Of a stretch of 64,000 bases of DNA, positions 11,659-22,173 are shown piece after piece. Every line of letters begins with the position of its first letter. Position 1 is the first letter of the stretch. This DNA comes from Lingula anatina (lineage: Eukaryota > Animalia > Brachiopoda). Position numbers and translations under genes: made by a program. The DNA lies in the NCBI GenBank assembly GCA_051362555.1, contig CM120642.1, positions 19,034,001 to 19,098,000 on the forward strand. Reading direction: 5' to 3'. A model generated the notes under the pieces. That model saw nothing but the letters and a program-made list of their open reading frames with translations. It had not been told where the DNA came from and ran no database searches.

Positions 11659-13356
11659 GACGATGTAGGTTTGCCTTTTCAAACAAAACACAGTCCACTG
11701 TTCTAGCACAGGACGCCCATCCTTTTTATACCATGCAAGACATGCGTATCAAGTTGCTTGGGATTAGAAACCGGTCATCAGTCCTTTTAAAAAGACATAT
11801 AGGAACTCAGTAAATCACCTTCACTCATTTAACATTTAAGAGTTTTTTTGCAAAAAAAAAAGTAAAAATGCCATTTAAGTCGAGTACTTTAACTATGAGA
11901 GGAGGTGCCGGACCGAGACGTCAAAAACAAGTTGTTTTGCAGCATTTGTGGGCAATGTTGCTATTTCCAAATGTTAATAGTGCCACGGCCGTATACAACA
12001 GCACTGGAGCATAGACATTTCATAGTCTTGTGGTCAAAAATCGAAGGTCAAAAATTACCGGGCGGCGGGACATTTAAGGCTACACGGAATGTTTCTTGTT
12101 TAAAAATTAAATGTATTTACATTCCTGGATGTGTAAACAGGGGGATGTTTCGTAGTTGCTTATTATCTTAAATAATTAAATTACATATATGATTTTCAAT
12201 GATTAATTTTTTATTTGTTACCTGTTTCGGTCACCGCAATTTAAGCATATTTTGATCTATTGCGATCGTAAATAACCAACGCGACTATATTCATGAATAA
12301 GACTTAGATTCAGTGGAGGTTGGATATGTAAATAACAAAATCTTGCAAATAAAACGAAGACCGTTGTGGTGTACCGGCCCCGTAACTCGAAAGCGTATCA
12401 CGAATAGCGATATCACATACAGGCTACATTAGGAACAACCCCCCCCCCCCCCAAAAAAAAAAAAAAAAAAAAAAAAACTGATTTCCTTTTACTATATTTC
12501 TTTTATATTTCTTCTGTTTTCGTTTTTTTTTTCTTAGTACGGCCCCTTAGTGACAACCCCGAAAATCAACATATCTTCTCTTGAAAACACACTTGTTCCG
12601 TAGCAACAGACTGAAATTAATGATCCCTGAAGGAATCATTAACCGTGTCACTAAAATATTCTGAAATTCATTTTTCGCTATAGCATTTTATGCTGCAGTT
12701 TCAGCTTAGAGACTCGATGAAGCAAGGGTGGCAGTGCACGCACAATGGGACATTTTCCATGATTTCCCAGTTGATACCCTTAATTTTGAATAGAATACGC
12801 TGATGAATTCAAAGAATTAATTTCCACGTTTTTATCGAATGTATCTTATGAAATGTATTCCACGTCAGTTGTTTTTGTGAATAGTTTGCGACTGTGTGTG
12901 TTTCGTAGAAAACACATTTTCGTATTTTTTGTTTTGTAAGGGATAACATTCTGCCAATGTTTAAGCTTGAAATACAAAAAAATACCTAAATCATAGAAAA
13001 GCACTTGTTTTATTTTTTTGCAAAAATATATGAACGAGATACATGCAAGTGTTTCAGAAACATAACAAAAGTAGGAGCCAACGTTATACAATATTGGTAA
13101 ACATCTGGATAAGATCACGTGTAAGAATTCAATATGAGCAATATTATCTATGATAATATACTGTGTAAAGATAGTTTCAATGTTCCAAGGAAATCTGCAC
13201 TTGGTCATCAGTACTGTTGCAGTAGTGTTTAGGTCACCGCCGTAGGCTGTGGAATATTAAACCTTAGGCTATATAGTTAAACGAGTCGCAAAACCACCTG
13301 GAGCAAGACCGTCCGTGGCAAGGTAATTTTCGTCTGTGTTGTCGAAACCAAGTCTT

Positions 13357-14423
13357 TTACCGAGAGTCATCCCCATCTTCTTCGTTTTCATCTTCAAGCA
13401 ACTTGATCAAATGATCCTAAAATTTCAATGAATATTTTATAATTCTGAAGATATCAATTGATTAAAATAGAGATTAAAACGATAGTAAGGTTGCTATTGG
13501 AAGAAACACAGGCAGTACTGACACCAAGCAGAAAACTACAATGACAGTGCAAAAAACGTCTTGCTACTTTTGGTGCAATAGTACATAATGCTTAACAGCA
13601 ATATCATCACCACTGTTGAAACATATACTACAGGCAAGATAGACATGCAGAAACTGTAACAAGCGCAGTGTCTTAGGACCATGGGAGTTCCACGTAACAC
13701 ATTGAAAATGCGAATATGTGAAAATTGAAAAAAAATCACACTCAAGAAAGCAAGACGTCAAAAATATAACACCTAGCTGTTTTTCTAGATAAAACTGAAC
13801 TGAAATGTCCCAAAACTACTTCAGTACAGTTTGCTGATAGTACGTACATAAAAACATGTGAACAATAATAATGTAATAATCATGTTTCAGCAAACGTGTG
13901 AGACAATCGTTTCTGTCACGCAGTTTTGAAATAAACACGTGCTAATAAAAAACAATTGATAACCAACAAAAGCTGAATTTTAATTTTAATTGGGGTGAAT
14001 CAAAATAACCTACCAATTTATTTTCAAGCGCATCGTCTAACTTTTGCATTTTACTATTACTTCCTTCGTCCTCGAGGTGTGCACCGCCCATAAAGCGACG
14101 ACGCCGACGACGACGTCCCCAGCCTGAAATTACAGAGATTACACTTTAAAGTGTGTCTTTACGTATTTCAGCGTAGATGGTATCTAAGATATGTAGGCCT
14201 ACTATTTATACTTTTCCACTCGAGTTTTTTTCTAAACCTGAACAGTGAGATATAACAGAATGTTCTGATGAAAATGAAATACATGTATGAAGAATAATTA
14301 ATTCTGCTTGATAATATAAGAATGAAAAAGAGACACGAAAGGCAACGTACCTTCAGAATCGGCAAACATCTGCACGACTAACAAAGTCACCAGAAGTAAG
14401 GCTAACACTCTGTACTTGTCCAT
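13357..14423 (-). CDS. Secreted Arg-rich peptide precursor, copy 3 (80 aa; exons 14423-14351, 14123-14014, 13416-13357)
   Basis: MDKYRVLALLLVTLLVVQMFADSEG-WGRRRRRRRFMGGAHLEDEGSNSKMQKLDDALENKL-DHLIKLLEDENEEDGDDSR*. Canonical splice sites. Confidence 0.88.
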
Positions 14424-16065
14424 GTCGATGTGGTTTCGGTTTTTTAACCAACAGACGAACTAAATGTCCACTGGTCTAGTACAAGATGTCCACCCTTTTT
14501 ATACCACGCAGGACATGCTTAAATAGTTGTTTGGGATTAGAAACCAGTCATCAATCATTTCAGAAATACATATTTAATAAATCACTAAATCAACTTTACA
14601 CTTAAAGAGTCCGTTTTTATAAAGGAATGCAATTTGTGGTTTGATTTGTTAAACAAATTTTCAAACATTTTCTTTAACCAAAACAGACCAACTCAGTGTC
14701 CACTGGTTCACCACAGGATGTCCATTCTTTATGTACCGTGCAGGGCAAGAAGTGCTGGTTGTCAAGTTGTTTGAGATTTAAAACCGGTTTTGGCGCTTTT
14801 CATGACTTAAAAGTTATGGAAATCACTTTCTCCCAGATAACAGTAAAGAGACCGTCAGTCAGATACATGTAATTGTCAAAAAAGACCTTTAACTAATTTT
14901 GCTGGTGGCTGTTTTCTAATAATCTATCTCGTCAACTCGTTAAGCTCCGAATACAATCCCTTAAGTTGTGTTACATACATAATTCGTTTGGAAATACTCC
15001 TACGGAACGATTTTTCTCGTTTTAAATGGTGCTGTGAACACCGCCCTGATGTAATCATTGGTTCTTTTGATCTATTTTGAAAATATATAATCAACTCGAC
15101 GATATTCATGAATGCGATTAGAGTTTATTTAATGGAGGTTTGATATTTTAACGAAAAATAAATCATCGTCTTTAAAGTTGAAGAATAACGTTTGTGCAGT
15201 GTTTTGTGACTTTTTTGGCTATATTATACCAGTACTCAAGATCACTGTTCAAATATCATTTTAATGGAGCGGCCGAGTGACTTTTTAATTAATAATTAAA
15301 GGCCGAGTGACATTTTAATGAAATATTCTAAATTCGAAAATGATGTAACATCATGTTTACTTGTGAATATAATGGTAAATGAACAACAGACCCAGAGTTG
15401 CCAATGATTGAACATCTAAAATAACTAGGTACATCTCTAAAATGGGAAGATGTTTTTGCCAATGAAAATTGCTTTGATTAAAAAATATACGAAAGACAAC
15501 AAACTAGCACAAAATGTAATAATATAATTCATTAATTGAGTTACATTTCAAATAGTCATATCAAAATTGCTGGGATAGCTTAGGATATTGTAGAAGTTAG
15601 AGTTATAAATGTGTTCACTAGCGAAATCATTCTTATAGACAATATGGAACAATATCAAGTGTTGCAGAACGGTGTGGAATGTTCATTAACATATAAACAC
15701 GATGGAGCACACATTCCTTTTAAGTCTATATAGGTCCTTGAATTTGGTGGCCATTTTGAATTTTCGATCCGCTGTAGAGTACGGAGTATAAATACTTTTT
15801 TTGATCGGTCGTCATCTCATACCGGTACATTATTGGAGTGTTCGACGCTAAATTTGGTCAAAAATAGAGCTAAATCATTGGCCCAGCTAAAGTATTGACG
15901 ATTTACTGAGTACATATATAAAGGCGCATATCTTCCATCCTAGAACAAACCACTAGGTATAAGTTTCTTATAAATGATCTGGTTTAGGTGGTACTTGAAA
16001 ACAGTTTGGGTATCAACTTTCCTTCCTCATGTCTAGAGTTTACCGTAACGTCACACTGTCCCATG

Positions 16066-16543
16066 TTAATCGCTACCTTCGTCATCTAATTCTAAGTTCC
16101 CCAATCTGGCCATGTCTCCCTGCAATAATGAAATGTGAATGCTTACTTGTTTGGAAAACAATGTTTTATTCGCTATTAAGAATGACAATAAAGCCGTTAA
16201 TCTTTTTCACGTATTTGTACCTGTACACAATATATCTCATGTATACAAACAAAGAATGCTAGTGTTTAAGAAGCTTATTCTTAACGCGTTGAAAAAAAAT
16301 AACATTAAGCTGCATTAAATTAGAATAAAAAAACAGGTTTCATTTGCTCGTTTTTTTCTCAGCAAAGGTATGACAAAGTAATGTGTAACATACCGATATA
16401 CCGTCTAAAACTGTCATAAGTTCGCGGCTGACTTTCCTTAATATCCTGCTCTTTCTCCCTACACCTGTAACAAACACATAAATTTATTGTCCATTTATTG
16501 TGCAGCTGGCTTTTCATGTCCATATACCTGTAATTAGCAGTTG

Positions 16544-16632
<89 letters not shown>

Positions 16633-17582
16633 ACTGTGATAATATATTTGTTCCTTTTCCGCAAAATTTGTCTCGAAGACAAATGAAGCTAGCTATATCT
16701 CTTAGATCTAAAGTAATTTAAGACATGTTTTCTATTACTTAAGGTACTAAGAGCTTGGCAGTTGCTGGTTGCTATGTATTGTTGTTATTCATATCTTATG
16801 TGGCGCCGCAGGCGTTGAACAGAGCTGTGCTAACGTAAAATCCTCACTACTTTGAGCGTTGCTCATCATCGTTACCTTGTTAGAACTACTCATGCTTTCT
16901 TCTCCATTGCTAGATTTTGATTATTTTTCCTCTTTTACCCTGACTCTATCTTCTTTTTAGCGTTATCTGTGGGTTTACTTGCCATTCATACATAGCACAG
17001 TCATTTCTTATGCTTACTGACCATCCAGATCGTGTTCAAAAACTCACTTTCCCCGGAGAGGATCTGACCTATTTATGTTACTCATCGGCCATCTTTTCCT
17101 CCCTTTTTTTTCAAACTTTTTTTTATAATTTTTTCTTCTATATATTCATGAACTCGTAAGAAAGATTTGCCTCAGTTTTCGGCCTTACAAGCTCACGGCA
17201 CCCTTACCGCTGTAAGGGGTACTGTGAGCATGTAAGGCCGAAAACTGAGGCAAAAGAAAGATCGCGTCATTGTAATATTCTAAAATGCTCGTCAATTCTT
17301 GCTGTAATATTCATTTAAGGCTGCAGTTTCAAGCATTTGCCATTTTGTTCGAATTGCTCATTACATATGGTGAAATCTATTTTACCTGACAGTTAATTTA
17401 ACATTCAACACTACCACTACGTTAATATTAAGGTTAACAGTAATAGATTAAGAAAATACAAGTCTGACAATTGAATATTTAATATAAAAGAGCAGCAACA
17501 TACGCAAATGACCCTCAGTAGTAACAAACATCTGCACGAGTAACATCACCAGAAGGACAGCAAACACTCGGCGCCTCTCCAT
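16066..17582 (-). CDS. Divergent secreted cationic peptide precursor, copy 5 (67 aa; exons 17582-17504, 16464-16394, 16119-16066)
   Basis: MERRRVFAVLLVMLLVQMFVTTEG-HLRVGRKSRILRKVSRELMTVLDGIS-GDMARLGNLELDDEGSD*. The signal exon is clearly homologous (RV..LLV...VQMF...EG), intron phases are the same (1/0), and both donors are GTATGT. Confidence 0.72.
16551..16629. repeat. (TA)n microsatellite
   Basis: About 40 TA units in intron 1 of copy 5. Confidence 0.98.
17167..17253. mobile_element. 87-bp hairpin MITE with 9-bp TSD (Mutator-like)
   Basis: Near-perfect palindrome TTGCCTCAGTTTTCGGCCTTACA...TGTAAGGCCGAAAACTGAGGCAA flanked by AAGAAAGAT at 17158-17166 and 17254-17262. Confidence 0.85.
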
Positions 17583-17747
17583 TTCTCTGTTGCTCTTTGC
17601 TTTATTCGTCTTTACAGTCAACCTCAGCTTTTCGTTTATGCTCTAATTCCTTGACTGAATGGTTGAAGGAGACATGGGTCAATAGTTTCAGTTGGCTGAT
17701 TTTATTGTTCATCTCGCGCAAGTGGCAGGCATACCCCTATCATTACC

Positions 17748-18297
17748 CAGGCCTAACCAACTACCAGACTCGGCACCTAAGGATCCTGAATTAACCGGTA
17801 TATCGGACCACACTACCCGTTTTCAAGGTGTGTGTCAGATCGCATTTCGGAGTATCAGTCAGAACACCGACAGGATGAGCCCACGCTCGGCTGTCACCTT
17901 GATTGGATAGTAAACGATTGTCGTATTTAATCGCTATATGGTTTTAAAACCGAGTGCATAAATTTGAAAGCCACCTAGATGAACCTTAGACTGCCACATT
18001 AATCTAATACAATGCAAAAAAAGCCCTATCAAAAGTGGTTAAAACATTCAAACCGAATGTCGATAAGTCCCCATACACCCCCAGAGAGACAATGAAATAA
18101 AGTACACTAAAGTAAGAGTACTGTTTAAGGTTGTTCAGCCGAGCGTGGATGAGCCCGCAGTCGTCCTACAAAATTTGTTCTGCAGGATGATATTCCGAAA
18201 TGCGATCTGACACACACCTTGAAAACGGGTAGTGTGGTCCGATATACCGGTTAATTCAGGATCCTTAGGTGTCGAGTCTGGTAGTTGGGTAGGCCTG
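17748..18297. mobile_element. Non-autonomous DNA transposon with ~105-bp TIRs and 6-bp flanking direct repeat
   Basis: CAGGCCTA..CAGACTCG..GGATCCTGAATTAACCGGTATATCGGACCACACTACCCG..TTCGGA is mirrored at ~18194-18297. ATTACC occurs on both sides. Confidence 0.85.
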
Positions 18298-19132
18298 ATT
18301 ACCACTCATCCCTTAAATTTGATATCTGCGACACGTCATGAACTCTTCAAAAGTAAAGTGATCAGACGCGTTTATGTGCTGAATGACTTGAAAGTCTTGT
18401 ATGATTATGCTAGACCAAGTTTTTTTTTTTTTAAATTAAGATCTGCGAGGTCCTTTGGAGTGACATATGAGACACGCGAGAACTAACGACTATACTATAC
18501 TACTATGCCGAATTGTTTGCTATAGGACGCGCCTTCCAATTCAAAAATGCCAAACAAAGTAACCTGACGTGATCGCCATCAAACTCTGCTTTCCGACTTA
18601 GAGATGACAGATAAGGTTCATGAAAGATAGAATGAAGGATGGGCCTGGAGGAATTTAGATTTGGACTTTGTGAAAGAATTTGCATTTAGGGGAGTTTGAA
18701 ACTAATTTCATTATTTTTTGTCGTTCTGTTTTTCCTCGGGGAAATTTCACACAAAACGTCATGCAGATAATCGCCACGTCATACACGTCATACAAAACGC
18801 GCCTGGTTTATGATACCCTCTTGTGATTATTTGAAGGGGTCTTTTTTTATTTATTGTTTTTTAAAAGAAATGACAGGCCTCGTATACAGAGCCGACCCTG
18901 GCACCTATTGGCGTCGGGTTCGAACCCCCAAATTCCAAGGCGATCAGTGACGAGTGCTGAAGACCAAGATATACGGCGTACGAGACTGTCGAGATAACTG
19001 TGACAGCTCTCTGCAACACCGTGGCGATTATCTGCGACCGATTGCGACAGTTGGCCCATACAATATCGTTCTCCAAGCAATTGCATTCACGATGCATCCT
19101 CTGAGCAATTACTATTCTACTTTATTTCAAAG

Positions 19133-19414
19133 CAGTGGCGGATTTAGAGGGGGATCAGGGGGATCCTACTCCCCCACCCTTCGGTTTCTGAAAACTATAT
19201 CACACCAGTATTTCCCTCTTAAATGTAGAATTTTGACAAACTGAATCATAGTTCTAAGCCGTACCAAAGGGCACCGTTTGCCCTCCAAAACAACAAATTT
19301 TTGGGGAGCCCTTGTGCAGGCCCCGAACCCAACGCCAAGGGGGCGATGGCCGGCTTCGCATCTGAGGCCTGTCGTTCTGGACCCCCTCTTCAAATAATCC
19401 TGGATCCGCCCCTG
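19133..19414. mobile_element. hAT-like MITE (CAGTGGCGGAT...ATCCGCCCCTG); related copies at ~4980-5189 and ~26484-26652
   Basis: Short TIRs. The internal sequence (aattttgac...ctgaatcata...ccgtaccaaa.ggcacc; aataatcctg.atccgcccctg) is shared with 4980-5189. Confidence 0.7.
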
Positions 19415-19594
19415 TCCAAAGTAGGGCCTACGTTTACTCACAACTTCCTTGGTTAAAGACGTAATCAGACATTCTTTTGACAATATGCAAATAACCTGTT
19501 TTGTAAAAAAGAAACAACTGCAACAGCGGGCTATTTGAACTTGGTACAAAACACTACTGGGTTCTCATATATGGATGCATGAAGTTAACGGGGA

Positions 19595-21126
19595 AATAAA
19601 GGGAACCGGAGAAGATCAGCATTGGTCAGAATTGTGCCGGAAGTGACGTGCAGTGGTGTTAGAAACGAAGCTGAGTGGTCATTTTAACATAGAGGTGAAC
19701 GGCAGTGAAGACGGGTTGTCGGAGGAAAAAGAAGTTTTCTAAACAACATGGTAAGATAACTCTCTTTTTTACGCATTTTGGGCAGAGAAAACTTGTAGAA
19801 ATAATAAATGCATGATATGAAAACGTGACACGGAACTTGAAGGTGCAAAATCGTGCTTAATTTGCGGTCAACTTGTTTAGAAATAAATGCTGCGTCGACC
19901 GCCAGCGCGACAAAAAGCGTAAAGGGGAAATAATTCCCGGGAGTCTATAAATCGTTGTCATGTGGAAATTTGGCATTAATATAATCCGATATGTCCATAT
20001 CTAAGTATTTTTGGGTGTTTTATGGTATGGGCTGCAATTACAACGATGTTTTAGAGGTCTTGAAGGACCTTGTGAAAACCAGGAAGTAGTTCGTAACTAA
20101 CAAGTGGAATGTACCGATCTCCGACTGCTGTGCACAGCTGTATCTTTTTTTCAATATATTGACGAATTTTTAGATCTTTATATGTCCATCTGGCATGAAA
20201 TTCCACACACATGATCACACTGATATACCTTTTACACTGGGGAAGGCGCTAATCAGTGACAAATGCCAAGACAAAGGTGACATTCTGACAGCCTCTTATC
20301 TGAGTTAAAAATCACTGACAAAAGAGACTGGCAATCAATTTCCTCAGGCTGGCAATCATTAGCCTATAGAAATTGGTCATGTTACATCTTATCTACCTGT
20401 GAGAATCGTTTTACCAACTGAGTATTGCATAATAATGTCAATTATTAGTACTTTGAGCTAGTCTTAATTAACTGTCAGCTCACCTGAATTCTCTTTTTGT
20501 CTTTTTGGGAAGATCTTGTCAGTGAAATGTTTTATTTGTCCTGTGACAAAAATTCGTCAATATATTGAAAAAAAGATACAGCTGTGCACAGCAGTCGGAG
20601 ATCGGTACATTTCACTTGTTAGTTACGAACTACTTCCTTGTTTTCACAAGGTACTTCAAGACCTCTAAAACTTCGTTCTAATTGCAGCCCATACCATAAA
20701 ACACCCCAAAAATACTTAGATATGGACATATCGGATTATATTAATGCCAAATTTCCACATGGCAACGATTTACAGCCTCCCGGGAATTATTTTCCATTTA
20801 CACTCTTTGTCGCAATGGCGGTCGATGTAGCATTCATTTTAAAACAAGTTGACCGCCAATTAAGCACGATTTTGCACCTTCAAGTTCCGTGTCACGTTTT
20901 CATATCATGCATTTATTATTTCTACAAGTTTTCTCTGCCCAAAATGCGTAAAGAAAAAGTGTTATCTTACCATGTTGTTTAGAAAACTTCTTTTTCCTCC
21001 GACAACCCGTCTTCACTGCCGTTCACCTCTATGTTAAAATAACCACTCAGCTTCGTTTCTAACACCACTGCACGTCACTTCCGGCACAATTTTGACCAAT
21101 GCTGATCTTCTCCGGTTCCCTTTATT
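19595..21126. mobile_element. Foldback element with ~575-bp inverted arms
   Basis: 19595-20171 is the reverse complement of 20548-21126 with few mismatches. Non-coding spacer of ~375 bp. Confidence 0.9.
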
Positions 21127-21348
21127 GAAGCCGTGGCACAAGGCAATACGGACAAGTTGGTTAACAAGCAAGAAAAATCCCAATTTTGAGGAAATCAAAT
21201 CTTTTTTACCTATTTTACAATAAAATAATGTTATGTATCTATTTAGTAAAAATTGGTTGTTTGGGAAAAATTACAATTAAGAAAAACATCAGGAAAACCT
21301 TAATGTTGCTTATAATCGCCCATACTTTGGATTTGAAGTTGACCAAAA

Positions 21349-21387
<39 letters not shown>

Positions 21388-21854
21388 AACGACCTTTCCT
21401 AATAATTAACTGTTATGCATTGTAAATATTTAGCAAAAATTAAAATAAATTTCGTAACAGAGCAATTTCGTCTGGCCAAACAGAAATATTGTTTGCAGCA
21501 GCTGAACAGGTGACTCTGGCCTTTGGGGATGAAATTTTGACCCTGATTTACATATACGCTTGGGATATAAAAATAAACTAAAACATAGAAGTTCAATAAT
21601 TTTATTTTAAAATACTCAAACTCTTTTAAAAGAGAAACATGCTTGCTGAGTCTTTCAGAAACCTTACAAAATATAGATTTCACATTGTACAAAATTGGTA
21701 AACAATTAAACAGTAAAGATAAGTTGACAATATGATATTTATAATAATATGTATCAATGTTCCAAGGGACGTGCGGTTGTTTATCAGCGCCATTTTGGTC
21801 GTGTTGAGATGACCGCTGTTCGCTGCGCGAGGAAAAGAATTTAAATCTTTGGGA

Positions 21855-22078
21855 CCATTTCCATAACCCTATCGTACTAGCAGGATCGATCCATCTCCGA
21901 GGGCATTCTCGCCAAATCGCATTAAGTTTAAACGTGCATGAAAGTTAATTACCTCCATAGCAGCTTCAGTGGGCGTGACAGACAATTAAGTTGCTAAAAC
22001 TAAATCCAATTTAGCGAGAATCCCCTCGGAGTTGGATCGATCCTGCTAGTACGAGAGGTTTACGGGAAACCAGACTAG
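21855..22078. mobile_element. Palindromic MITE in the 3' UTR region of copy 4
   Basis: Inverted arms TCGTACTAGCAGGATCGATCCA.CTCCGAGGG..TTCTCGC / GCGAGAA.CCCCTCGGAG.TGGATCGATCCTGCTAGTACGA. Absent from the equivalent region of copy 2. Confidence 0.75.
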
Positions 22079-22173
22079 TTCACAAGTACAACGCATCGCA
22101 GAACAACCTAGGACAAAACCAACTGCGGGAACGTTTTTTATCCTCAAAAGTTCTGCTCTCCAGACCAATGCAC

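Noticed and set aside
13270-13370. Gly-Lys-Arg amidation signal (GGT AAA AGA) at the end of exon 3 in copies 1 and 3
   Set aside because: It is out of frame with the spliced CDS (it overlaps the TAA stop) and is not conserved in copies 2 and 4.
18850-18990. Possible tRNA gene or tRNA-derived SINE (minus-strand GGTTCGAACCC B-box)
   Set aside because: No cloverleaf or convincing A-box could be built. At most a decayed SINE head, so not listed as a feature.
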